From Holophagaceae bacterium (lineage in GTDB: Bacteria > Acidobacteriota > Holophagae > Holophagales > Holophagaceae): a DNA stretch of 64,000 bases. The notes under the pieces were generated by a model. It did not search any database and was not told the origin of the DNA. It saw only the letters and a program-made list of their open reading frames with translations. The DNA is taken from NCBI GenBank assembly GCA_046331545.1, contig JAXLQR010000002.1:3247080-3311079 (forward strand), read 5' to 3'. The stretch's first letter is position 1, and each line of letters opens with the position of its first letter. This document shows, piece after piece, positions 40,860 through 49,660 of this stretch. Position numbers and translations under genes: made by a program.

Positions 40860-41580
40860 GACCAAGGGCAAGCCGCGACGGTGGTGGCGGAGGCTGCTGA
40901 GCTGGGGCGCGGGGCTCGCGGGGGCCTTGATCGCGGGAACCGGACTGCTGGTCCTCCTCCTGCGCTGGATCGACCCCCCCGTGACCGCCATCCGCGTGCA
41001 GCGCCGGGTGGCCTCCTGGTCGGAGCCTGGACCCTACGCGGCCAGGTCCACCTGGAAGGACCTGGAGGACATCGCGCCGTCCATGGGGCTGGCGGTCATC
41101 GCGGCGGAGGACCAGACCTTCCCGGAGCACTCCGGCTTCGACTGGAAGGCCATCGAGAAGGCGATCGACCACAACGAGAAGAGCCGCCGCAAGCGCGGCG
41201 CCTCCACGGTGAGCCAGCAGACCGCGAAGAACCTCTTCTGCTGGTCCTCCCGGTCGTGGATCCGGAAGGGCACGGAAGCCTACTTCACGCTCCTGATGGA
41301 GACCTTCTGGTCCAAGCGCCGGATCCTGGAGGTCTACCTCAACATCGTGGAGTTCGGCGACGGCATCTACGGCGTGGAGGCCGCCAGCCAGGCCTATTTC
41401 CGCAAGCCGGCGAAGCGGCTTTCCCAGTCGGAATGCGCCCTCCTGGCCGCGGTCCTGCCCAACCCCCACAAGTTCAAGGCCAGCGCGCCGTCCGCCTACA
41501 TCCTGGGCCGGCAGGCCTGGATCCTGAAGCAGATGCAGCAGCTCGGCGGGGAGGCGGTGGTCAAGGAGCTGGGGAAGTAG
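40852..41580 (+). CDS. mtgA: Monofunctional biosynthetic peptidoglycan transglycosylase MtgA
   Basis: N-terminal TM helix. GT51 motifs [43 protein letters not shown]. 242 aa. Confidence 0.9.
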   Translation: MAETKGKPRRWWRRLLSWGAGLAGALIAGTGLLVLLLRWIDPPVTAIRVQRRVASWSEPGPYAARSTWKDLEDIAPSMGLAVIAAEDQTFPEHSGFDWKAIEKAIDHNEKSRRKRGASTVSQQTAKNLFCWSSRSWIRKGTEAYFTLLMETFWSKRRILEVYLNIVEFGDGIYGVEAASQAYFRKPAKRLSQSECALLAAVLPNPHKFKASAPSAYILGRQAWILKQMQQLGGEAVVKELGK

Positions 41581-41623
41581 GCGCCCCGTTGCGCTAGGCT
41601 GGCGGGATCGCCCCGAGGCCTCC

Positions 41624-42754
41624 ATGTCCGCCGTGCGCAACCGCCGCGACTTCCTCCTCGCCAGCCTCGCGGCGGGCGCGGCGGCCTCCCTTGATGCCTC
41701 GGGGCCGAAGGGCCTCGCGCCGGGACAGGCGCCGGCGATCCGCAAGGGCGGCCCACGCCCCGTGGTCATCGCCAGCGCCAACGGCCACCGCTTCAAAAAC
41801 GGCGGCCGCCAGACCTGCGTGGAGACGGCCTTCGACTTCCTGACGAAGGGCGGCGATCCCCTGGAGGCGGTGATCTCCGGCGTCAACGTGGTCGAACTCG
41901 ATCCCCTGGACGACAGCGTGGGCTATGGCGGCCTGCCCAACGCCGAGGGCGTGGTGCAGCTCGATGCCTGCTGCATGCACGGGCCGCGGAAGGCGGCCGG
42001 CGGCGTGGCCTGCCTGGAGGGCGTCCGCACCCCCAGCCGCGTGGCCCAGGCGGTGATGGAGGAGACGGACCACCACCTCCTGGTGGGCCGGGACGCCCAG
42101 GCCTTCGCGAAGGGCCTGGGCTTCACGGTGGAGGCCGACCTGAACACCGAGCACAGCCGGAGGAAGTGGATGGAGTGGAGGCGCCGCCTGGACCCCGAGC
42201 ACTGGCTGGACCCCGCCAAGCGGGCCCGGGCCGCCGCCGAGGCCCGCGCCTCCATGGTGCGGGACGGCCTCCTGGACCCCGAGCACGTCTTCGGCACCAT
42301 CAACTGCACCGCCGTCACCGCCAAGGGCGAGGTGGCCGGCGTCACCACCACCAGCGGGCTGGCCTGGAAGATCCCGGGCCGCGTGGGGGACTCGCCCATC
42401 CTCGGCGCGGGGCTCTACGTGGACAACACGGTCGGGGCCGCCGGCAGCACCGGCCGGGGCGAGGCCAACCTCTACGGCCTGTCGTCCTTCCTGATCGTGG
42501 AGCTGATGCGCAAGGGCATGAAGCCCAGGGACGCCGGGATGGAGGCCCTGCGCCGGGTCCAGGCCAGCACCGTGGAGAAGCGCCTGCTCAATGGCCGGGG
42601 CCTGCCGAACTTCGGGCTCAGCTTCTACGTGCTGGGGGCCGACGGCAGCCACGCCGGCGTCTCGATGTACGCCTCCACCTACGCCGTCTGCGACGAGGCC
42701 GGGCCGCGGATCCTGCCGACGGAGCCGCTGCTGCCGGGGAAGGAGGAGGATTGA
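41624..42754 (+). CDS. Asparaginase_2 family Ntn hydrolase (isoaspartyl peptidase / glycosylasparaginase-like), Tat signal
   Basis: RRDFLLASLAAGAAAS twin-arginine leader. Ntn autoproteolysis region FGTINCTAV. GAGLYVDN..GAAGSTGRGE motifs. Confidence 0.75.
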   Translation: MSAVRNRRDFLLASLAAGAAASLDASGPKGLAPGQAPAIRKGGPRPVVIASANGHRFKNGGRQTCVETAFDFLTKGGDPLEAVISGVNVVELDPLDDSVGYGGLPNAEGVVQLDACCMHGPRKAAGGVACLEGVRTPSRVAQAVMEETDHHLLVGRDAQAFAKGLGFTVEADLNTEHSRRKWMEWRRRLDPEHWLDPAKRARAAAEARASMVRDGLLDPEHVFGTINCTAVTAKGEVAGVTTTSGLAWKIPGRVGDSPILGAGLYVDNTVGAAGSTGRGEANLYGLSSFLIVELMRKGMKPRDAGMEALRRVQASTVEKRLLNGRGLPNFGLSFYVLGADGSHAGVSMYASTYAVCDEAGPRILPTEPLLPGKEED

Positions 42755-42830
42755 GGGGGGCCCGGGGCAATTCGTGATCGTGGGCCGGGGCGCCCTCCGG
42801 TAGGATCATAGGGTTTGCCTGGAGGAACCC

Positions 42831-43820
42831 ATGAAGACCCCCGTCCGCGTCGCCGTCACGGGTGCTGCCGGCCAGATCGGCTACAGCATCCTCTTCCGCA
42901 TCGCCTCCGGCGAGATGCTCGGGAAGGACCAGCCGGTCATCCTGCACCTCCTGGAGATCACGCCGGCCCTGAAGGCCCTCAACGGCGTGATCATGGAGCT
43001 CAAGGACTGCGCCTTCCCGCTGCTGGCGGGCGTGGTGGCCACCGACGACCCGATGGTCGCCTTCAAGGACGTGGACTTCGCGCTGCTGGTGGGCGCCATG
43101 CCGCGCAAGCAGGGCATGGAGCGCAGCGACCTGCTGAGCGCCAACGGCGGCATCTTCAAGCCCCAGGGCGAGGCCCTGAGCGAGGTGGCCTCGCGGAACG
43201 TGAAGATCCTCGTGGTAGGCAACCCGGCCAACACCAACGCCCTCATCGCGCTGTCCAACGCGCCGAAGCTGAAGCCCGAGCAGTTCCACGCCATGGTGCG
43301 CCTGGACCACAACCGCGCCGTGGCCCAGCTCGCCGAGCGCACGGGCAAGCCCGTCACCGCCATCAAGAACATGACGATCTGGGGCAACCACAGCACGACC
43401 CAGTTCCCGGACCTCTACCACGCCACCGTGGACGGCCAGAACGCCCACGTCGCGGTGAACGACCAGGCCTGGTACGAGGGTACCTTCATCCCCACCGTGG
43501 CGAAGCGCGGGGCCGCCATCATCGAGGCCCGCGGGCTGAGCTCCGCCGCGTCCGCCGCCAACGCCGCCATCGACCACATGCGCACCTGGGTCATGGGCAC
43601 GCCCGACGGCGAGTGGACCTCCATGGCGCTGCCCAGCGACGGCAGCTACGGCATCCCCAAGGGCCTCGTCTACGGCTACCCCTGCACCGTGAAGGACGGC
43701 GTCGCCAGCATCGTCCAGGGCCTCGAGATCAACGACTTCTGCCGGGCGAAGATGGACGCCACGGCCAAGGAGCTCGAGGAGGAGCGGAAGGCGGTCATCG
43801 ACCTGGGGCTCGTGAAGTAG
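42831..43820 (+). CDS. mdh: Malate dehydrogenase (NAD, LDH/MDH family)
   Basis: [13 protein letters not shown] Rossmann N-terminus. Catalytic His region. 329 aa. Similar to the Thermus/cytosolic-type MDH. Confidence 0.9.
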   Translation: MKTPVRVAVTGAAGQIGYSILFRIASGEMLGKDQPVILHLLEITPALKALNGVIMELKDCAFPLLAGVVATDDPMVAFKDVDFALLVGAMPRKQGMERSDLLSANGGIFKPQGEALSEVASRNVKILVVGNPANTNALIALSNAPKLKPEQFHAMVRLDHNRAVAQLAERTGKPVTAIKNMTIWGNHSTTQFPDLYHATVDGQNAHVAVNDQAWYEGTFIPTVAKRGAAIIEARGLSSAASAANAAIDHMRTWVMGTPDGEWTSMALPSDGSYGIPKGLVYGYPCTVKDGVASIVQGLEINDFCRAKMDATAKELEEERKAVIDLGLVK

Positions 43821-43906
43821 CCCTCCGTTCACGACGCAACCGAAGGCCCCGGGCGACCGGGGCCTTCGCATGTCAGGGATGCGGGTGGATCAGGGTCTTG
43901 AGAACG

Positions 43907-43959
43907 GCACCGCGTTCAAACCTCGCCTGCGCTTTGCAGGCGAGGTTTGAACGCGGTGC
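43907..43959. repeat. Perfect 24 bp inverted repeat (hairpin, 5 nt loop) downstream of mdh
   Basis: gcaccgcgttcaaacctcgcctgc / gcttt / gcaggcgaggtttgaacgcggtgc. There is no U-tract after it. It is followed by a second inverted repeat pair (43961-43981 / 44090-44110, 20/21 match) spanning about 120 nt. Confidence 0.8.
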
Positions 43960-44263
43960 TGCCAAGCGATAGCGCGGCAGGCCGGAGAGCTGGCCTTCGA
44001 TCGGCTCTGGGGCCGGGAGAGGAACGGCCCGCAGGGTGTGGACTTCGTCCCACCTCCCCCTCCATCCCGGGACCCTCCGGGTTCATGTTCCTGCCACGCT
44101 ATCGCTTGGCCGCATGCGAGCCAGCCCCCGCCAAGGGCAGGCGGGGCCTGTCTCGCATGCCTTTGGAAGGTCAAAACCTTGGGCGGATCGTCAAGGCTCG
44201 TCCCCGGGAGGCTCCTTTCTCCTCGCGGCCCGGCTAGCATGTCCGGATCCTTCCGGAGCCCCC

Positions 44264-44662
44264 ATGAAGAAGTTCCTCCTCTCCTGGCTCGTCATCTTCG
44301 TGCTCGCCATGGGCACGGACTTCCTGATCCACGGCCTGGCCCTGCATCCTGACTACCTGGCCCTCCCGAACCTCATGCGTACCGAGGCGGACAGCCAGAA
44401 GTACTTCCACTGGATGCTCCTCGCCCACGTGCTGATGACCGGCGCCTTCGTGTGGATCTACGAGCAGGGCCGCACGAGCCGGCCCTGGCTCCTGCAGGGC
44501 CTGCGCTTCGGCCTGGCCATGGCCTGCCTCTTCGCGATCCCCACCTTCCTCATCTACTACGTCGTCCAGCCGACGCCGGGGATGCTGGTGGTCAAGCAGT
44601 GCGTGCTGGACACCGCGCGGCTGCTGCTCCTCGGCGTCGTCGTGGCGGCGATGAACAAGTAG
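44264..44662 (+). CDS. Hypothetical small integral membrane protein
   Basis: 132 aa, 3-4 TM helices (MKKFLLSWLVIFVLAMGTDFLIHG...). Confidence 0.5.
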   Translation: MKKFLLSWLVIFVLAMGTDFLIHGLALHPDYLALPNLMRTEADSQKYFHWMLLAHVLMTGAFVWIYEQGRTSRPWLLQGLRFGLAMACLFAIPTFLIYYVVQPTPGMLVVKQCVLDTARLLLLGVVVAAMNK

Positions 44663-44671
44663 GAGTTCCCC

Positions 44672-45574
44672 ATGCGCGCCGCCCTCTTCGCCTTCACCGC
44701 CCTCGCCCTCGCCGCCCAGTCGAAGCCCGAGCCCGATCCCCACGCCGGCCACGCCGCCGAAGCCAGGGCCCGGGCCGTTGCTCCCAAGGACGCGCCCACG
44801 CCCGCGCCCCGCAACCCGGCCATCCCGCCTGACGCGGACGGTGCGAAGGCGGCCCTCGCGGCCTCGCCGCGCCACGGCGAGTGGGTGGACATCCCGCTGG
44901 CCGGCGGGAAGCTCCTCACCGCCTGGGTGGTCTATCCGGAGACGAAGGCGAAGGCCGGCGTGGTGATCGTCATCCATGAGATCTTCGGCCTCTCCGACTG
45001 GGTGCGCGCCGTGGCGGACCACGTGGCGAAGGAGGGCTTCATCGCCATCGCGCCGGACTTCCTGTCAGGCCTCGGTCCCAAGGGCGGCGGCACCGACGAA
45101 CTGGGCCCCGACGTGGGCAAGGCCATCCGCACCCTGACGCCCGCCCAGATGACCGAGCGCCTGAACGCCGCCCGGGACTACGGCCTGAAGCTCCCCGCCG
45201 CCAACGGCCGTTCCGCGACCCTGGGCTTCTGCTGGGGCGGCAGCGCCAGCTTCACCTACGCGGTGGCGCAGCCGAAGCTGGATGGCGCGATCGTGTTCTA
45301 CGGCACCTCGCCCTCGGACCCCGCGGACTACGCCCGGATCCAGGCCTCCGTGGCGGGCTTCTACGGCGGCGACGACGCGCGGGTGAACGCGACCATCCCC
45401 ACGGCCGAAGCCGAGCTGGCGAAGCTGAAGAAGCCCTTCAAGGCCCACGTCTTCGAGGGCGCCGGCCACGGCTTCCTGCGCCAGCAGGCGGGCCGCGAGG
45501 GCGCCAACGCCAAGGCCGCCGGCGCGGCGTGGCCCCTGGCCGTGGCCTTCCTGAAGGAGCGGCTGAAGCCCTGA
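44672..45574 (+). CDS. Dienelactone hydrolase family protein
   Basis: Signal peptide. VIVIHEIFGL, the nucleophile elbow FCWGG, and a C-terminal HGF. 300 aa. Confidence 0.8.
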   Translation: MRAALFAFTALALAAQSKPEPDPHAGHAAEARARAVAPKDAPTPAPRNPAIPPDADGAKAALAASPRHGEWVDIPLAGGKLLTAWVVYPETKAKAGVVIVIHEIFGLSDWVRAVADHVAKEGFIAIAPDFLSGLGPKGGGTDELGPDVGKAIRTLTPAQMTERLNAARDYGLKLPAANGRSATLGFCWGGSASFTYAVAQPKLDGAIVFYGTSPSDPADYARIQASVAGFYGGDDARVNATIPTAEAELAKLKKPFKAHVFEGAGHGFLRQQAGREGANAKAAGAAWPLAVAFLKERLKP

Positions 45575-45614
45575 GCCCGCCCGGTCGTGGAATGATGGAG
45601 CCCGGGAGGCCGCG

Positions 45615-46043
45615 ATGAAGGACACGCTGGTGCCGGGCCTGGTCCGCGAACTGCGCTTCACGGTGACGCCCGCGAAGACCGTCCCCGCCCTCTACCCCGA
45701 ATCCGAGGGCTTCCGCGCCATGCCAGGGGTCTTCGCCACGGGCTTCCTGGTGGGCTTCCTCGAGTGGGCCTGCGTGGAGCTCATCGCGCCGCACCTGGAG
45801 GAGGGCGAGCAGAGCCTCGGCACTGCCATCGCCGTCAGCCACGAGGCCGCCACCCCGCCGGGCTTCGAGGTGGTCGCGAAGGCGAAGCTCGTGGGAATCG
45901 AAGGGCGGCGGCTGCGCTTCGAGGTGGAGGCCCGGGACGGCGTGGACCTGATCTCCCGGGGCACCCACGAGCGGGCCGTCATCCAGCGCGCGAAGTTCGA
46001 CGCGAAGCTGGCCGAGAAGGCGTCCCGGAAGGCGGGCGCATGA
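45615..46043 (+). CDS. Hotdog-fold thioesterase family protein
   Basis: 142 aa. Pattern similar to the FlK / 4HBT-like thioesterases (TGFLVGFLEWACVELIAPHL). Confidence 0.55.
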   Translation: MKDTLVPGLVRELRFTVTPAKTVPALYPESEGFRAMPGVFATGFLVGFLEWACVELIAPHLEEGEQSLGTAIAVSHEAATPPGFEVVAKAKLVGIEGRRLRFEVEARDGVDLISRGTHERAVIQRAKFDAKLAEKASRKAGA

Positions 46044-46534
46044 TCGCCGACCTGCGCAAGCTCCTGGCCCGCGAGCTGGCCACCCTGCGCCGGGAGGTGG
46101 ACGCCTATCCCGACGACGCCAGCCTCTGGGCCGCCGTGCCGGGCCTGCCCAACAGCGGCGGGAACCTCGCGCTGCACCTCTGCGGCAACCTGCGCCACTT
46201 CATCGGCGCGGGGCTGGGGCGGACGGGCTACGTCCGTGACCGGGACGCGGAGTTCAGCACCCGGGGCCGCACCCGGGCGGAGGTCGTGGCGGAGATCGGC
46301 CGCGCCGCCGCCGACGTGGACGCGGCCCTCCAGGACCTCGATCCCGCCCGGCTCCGGGAGCCCTTCCCCCTGGCCGTGGGCGGCGGCCATCCGCCGACGC
46401 GCCGCTTCCTGCTGCACCTCCTCAGCCATCTCGCCTTCCACCTCGGCCAGCTCGACGCCCACCGCCGGGCGGCCACCGGCGACCCGAAGGGCGCCGGCGC
46501 CCTGGGCGCGGCGGACCTGCTCGATCCCGCCTGA
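46040..46534 (+). CDS. DinB family (DinB_2 / DUF664-like) protein
   Basis: 164 aa. LALHLCGNLRHFIG...LLSHLAFHLGQL conserved-His four-helix bundle pattern. ATGA overlap with the thioesterase gene. Confidence 0.6.
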   Translation: MIADLRKLLARELATLRREVDAYPDDASLWAAVPGLPNSGGNLALHLCGNLRHFIGAGLGRTGYVRDRDAEFSTRGRTRAEVVAEIGRAAADVDAALQDLDPARLREPFPLAVGGGHPPTRRFLLHLLSHLAFHLGQLDAHRRAATGDPKGAGALGAADLLDPA

Positions 46535-46535
46535 C

Positions 46536-47294
46536 ATGCCCCTCAAGGCCTTCCTGCCCCGCCTGGACCCCCGCAAGCGCATCGCGTCCCTGTTCCTGCT
46601 CCCGGACTGCAACATGGCCTGCGACTTCTGCGGGAGCGAGGGGGGCTTCGACACGATGTCGAGGACCCAGGCGGAAGGCGCCCTGGCGGACCTGGCGGCC
46701 CAGGGCGTGCGCAACCTGGTGCTCGGGGGCGGCGAGCCCCTCCTCTGGCCCCATGGCCTCGGGGACCTGGCGCGGCTCGCCAAGGGCATGGGCTGCACGG
46801 TGCAGCTCTGCACCAACGCCATCCACCTGCCGGAGGCCCTCGACGGCCTGGACGCCGTGGACCGCTTCATCCTGCCCCTGGAAGCCGCCGATCCGGCGGT
46901 GCACGACCGCCTGCGCCACCACCCCGGCGGCCACCACGCCCTCGTGTGGCGCCGGCTGGAGGCCCTGCGGGCCGCGGGCCGGGAGGTCACGCTGTCCACG
47001 GTGGTCACCCGGGAGAACCTGGACGGGCTCGGGGACCTGGCCGTGGCGCTGCGCGCCCTCGGGGCCCGGGGCGCGCGGATCCATGCCTGGCACCTCTACC
47101 GCTTCCTCCCCATCGGCCGCTCCGGGGCGCGCCACGCGGACCGCCTCGCCACGGACACCGAGGCCTACCGCGCCGCGGTGGAGGCCGCGCGCCGGGAGGA
47201 CCTGGGCTTCCCGGTGTACCGGCGCAGCGACATGGTCCACGCCTCCTCGGTGGCCTACGTGTGGGCCGAAGGAGGCCGGCTGAAGGTGGGCTGA
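46536..47294 (+). CDS. Radical SAM domain protein (small, about 252 aa)
   Basis: CNMACDFC (CX3CX2C) at residues about 24-31. GGGEPLL SAM-binding motif. No SPASM or other extension. Starts 1 nt after the DinB stop. Confidence 0.7.
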   Translation: MPLKAFLPRLDPRKRIASLFLLPDCNMACDFCGSEGGFDTMSRTQAEGALADLAAQGVRNLVLGGGEPLLWPHGLGDLARLAKGMGCTVQLCTNAIHLPEALDGLDAVDRFILPLEAADPAVHDRLRHHPGGHHALVWRRLEALRAAGREVTLSTVVTRENLDGLGDLAVALRALGARGARIHAWHLYRFLPIGRSGARHADRLATDTEAYRAAVEAARREDLGFPVYRRSDMVHASSVAYVWAEGGRLKVG

Positions 47295-47300
47295 CCGGCC

Positions 47301-47981
47301 TCAGGCCGGGCGGCGGAGGAGCACCACCGCGTGGCCGAAGCGGGCGCGGGGCGAGCGCCGCAGCTTGGCCGCCACGGCCTCGCCGCACAGCGCCCCGAGG
47401 ATGGCCTCCGCGTCCCCGGCGGAATCGAAGCGCAGCTCGGTCTCCAGGCGCTCCGCGACCTGGAAGCCGTGGGTCTCGAGCAGCGCCTTCACGCCGGGCT
47501 CGGCCCCGTAGCCCGCGCAGTCCCGCAGCTCCTGGAAGTCGCCCTCCCAGTGGTTCTCCACCAGCCACGCGGCGCCGCCGGGGCGCAGCACCCGCAGGGC
47601 CTCGTCCACGGCGGCCTCCCGGGCCGCGGGCCGGAGGTAGGCGAGCACCCAGGTGGCGAGGAACCGGTCGGCGCCGCGGTCGCGGAAGGGCAGGGCCTCC
47701 GCCCGCGCCCGCACGAGGGCGAGGCCCGGGTTCGAGGCCCCGGCGAGGCCCAGCAGCGCGGGGCTCGGATCCGTGGCCACGTAGCGGCCGCAGGCCCGGG
47801 CCAGCTCCGCCGTGTAGCGCCCCGTGCCGCAGCCCACCTCCACCGCCGTGGCGCCCTCGAGGTCCGCCAGGGCGCGGAGCCGCCCCACGATGCGGCCCTC
47901 GGGGTCCTCCGCCCGGCAGAAGGCGGCGAAGATGTCCGGCCGTTCCCGGTAGATCCGCGGCCAGGGTTCGGCGTGGGGCAT
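47301..47981 (-). CDS. Class I SAM-dependent methyltransferase
   Basis: VEVGCGTGRYT motif I and LRPGGAAWL motif. About 226 aa. Confidence 0.75.
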   Translation of the reverse strand: MPHAEPWPRIYRERPDIFAAFCRAEDPEGRIVGRLRALADLEGATAVEVGCGTGRYTAELARACGRYVATDPSPALLGLAGASNPGLALVRARAEALPFRDRGADRFLATWVLAYLRPAAREAAVDEALRVLRPGGAAWLVENHWEGDFQELRDCAGYGAEPGVKALLETHGFQVAERLETELRFDSAGDAEAILGALCGEAVAAKLRRSPRARFGHAVVLLRRPA

Positions 47982-48076
47982 GGTCCACGGTAGCACCCGG
48001 GCTGGCCCCGCGCGGAGGCCCGCGACCCGGGGAGGCTGGAGGCGGCCCTTCGCGGAGCCTCGGGGCGCCCGGGGAC

Positions 48077-48445
48077 TCAGTCCAGCCCCAGCTCCTCCAG
48101 CCGCGCCTCGTCGATGCCGAAGGCGTGGCCGATCTCGTGCATGACGGTGATGGCGATCTCGTCGGCGAGCGCGTCCTCCTCGAAGTCCTCCTCCAGGGGG
48201 CCGCGGAAGATCAGGATGCGGTCCGGCAGGAGTCCGGGATCGGCGCCGCGCTCGGGGAGGGGCGTGCCCAGGAAGACGCCGTAGAGGGCCTCGTCGGGCG
48301 CCATGCCCAGGGAGTCGAGGAGCTCGGCCTCGGGCCAGTCCTGGACCTCGATGCGCACGCGGTCCAGGTGCCGGCGGAACTCGGCGGGAAGGGCGGCCAG
48401 GGCCTCGTCCACGCGGGCGAGGAAGGGGTCGCGGCGGCGGGCCAT
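48077..48445 (-). CDS. Zincin-like metallopeptidase family protein (small, HExxH)
   Basis: 122 aa with ITVMHEIGHAFG near the C-terminus. Resembles the possible-Zn-metallopeptidase (PF06262) family. Confidence 0.55.
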   Translation of the reverse strand: MARRRDPFLARVDEALAALPAEFRRHLDRVRIEVQDWPEAELLDSLGMAPDEALYGVFLGTPLPERGADPGLLPDRILIFRGPLEEDFEEDALADEIAITVMHEIGHAFGIDEARLEELGLD

Positions 48446-48456
48446 GGGACCGGGGC

Positions 48457-48834
48457 TCAGGACCTGGGGATGTCCTTGGTGGCTTCGTAGACCACGGTGC
48501 GCTGCTCCTTCTGGACCAGGCGCGCCTGGTAGGTGGCGCGCTTCCCCGCCGCGTCCACCTTCACCGTGGCTTCCAGCCGGGAGCCGCTGACGGGCTCGTC
48601 CAGCACCGCGCTCCCGGACTTCCCGGGCAGCACCCGGAAGGGCCGCGTGGTGAGGGTGCCGCGCCCCATCTGGTCGGTGACCGAGGCGATGCAGACGAAG
48701 CCCGCCGTCGCGTCGGGGCTGATCTCGAGCATGAAGCGGTAGCGCCCGTAGCCGCTGGCGTCGGCGGGCTCCGGGGTCCGGCAGGCCGCGAGGCCGGCGA
48801 GGGCGAGGATCGCGGGAAGGAGGGCTCGGCGCAC
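48457..48834 (-). CDS. Hypothetical lipoprotein
   Basis: Signal peptide with a LAGLAAC lipobox. 125 aa. Confidence 0.55.
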   Translation of the reverse strand: MRRALLPAILALAGLAACRTPEPADASGYGRYRFMLEISPDATAGFVCIASVTDQMGRGTLTTRPFRVLPGKSGSAVLDEPVSGSRLEATVKVDAAGKRATYQARLVQKEQRTVVYEATKDIPRS

Positions 48835-48903
48835 GGGGACTCCGGAGGGGCTGGATGTACGGTGGCAGGATCGCCCCGGGAGTTCCAGGCGCCGGGCCGG
48901 CGC

Positions 48904-49647
48904 TCAGGCGGGGAAGTCCGCCAGGTCCGCCTCGCCCGCGCGGCCGAAGACCCGCTCGTAGGCGATCCAGTGGACGCCGAGGGTGAGGGGCATCAGCAGC
49001 AGGGCGCCGACGTAGCAGAGCATCAGGCCGAGGAAGGTGAGGGCGAAGGTCGCCAGGGCCAGGACCACGAGGCCGCCGAGGTTGGCCCAGGCGGCGCGGA
49101 AGCTCAGCTTCACGGCGTCCAGTCCGGCGAGGCCGCGGTCGGCGAGGAGGGGGAAGGCGAAGGTGAAGAGGAGGTTCACCAGGGTGGAGGCCAGCAGGAT
49201 GAGGGCGATCATCCCGGCCCAGAGCAGGCAGAGCCCGGCGGCGGCGCCCCCGGCCAGCCCCTCCGAGTGCTGTCCCGCCGCCGCGAGGCCGACGGTGCCG
49301 AACACCGCGCCGAAGACCAGCACGAGGACCAGGGGCAGGACGACCACGAGGCTGGCGGCCATCATCAGCAGGGCGGCGATGAAGGCGTCCACGAAGCGGT
49401 CGAAGCCCTTGAAGAGGAGGTCGAAGCGCACCTCCTCGCCCCGCGCCCGGGCCCGGTGGCAGAGGAAGATGCCCACCATCATCGGGCCCATGAGGATGCC
49501 CATGGGGCCCAGCCCGCCCACGAGGACGCCCACGAAGGTGACCCCCAGGAAGAGGGCGTACCGGTCCTTGATCCGTGCCCAGGCCTCGGCATAGAGCGCT
49601 CCCGGGCGCAGGCTGGCCCGGACGAAGGGGAGGTCGGCGGGGGCCAT
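48904..49647 (-). CDS. Hypothetical polytopic membrane protein
   Basis: 247 aa with about 6 predicted TM helices. No catalytic motif recognised. Confidence 0.5.
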   Translation of the reverse strand: MAPADLPFVRASLRPGALYAEAWARIKDRYALFLGVTFVGVLVGGLGPMGILMGPMMVGIFLCHRARARGEEVRFDLLFKGFDRFVDAFIAALLMMAASLVVVLPLVLVLVFGAVFGTVGLAAAGQHSEGLAGGAAAGLCLLWAGMIALILLASTLVNLLFTFAFPLLADRGLAGLDAVKLSFRAAWANLGGLVVLALATFALTFLGLMLCYVGALLLMPLTLGVHWIAYERVFGRAGEADLADFPA

Positions 49648-49660
49648 GGGGTCGCCGGGG

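Noticed and set aside
43890-44352. Three overlapping small ORFs (43890..44240 minus strand; 43947..44237 and 44038..44352 plus strand) in the mdh-downstream intergenic region.
   Set aside because: They lie across strong palindromes, overlap each other, and lack plausible RBSs. I treated them as non-coding structured DNA.
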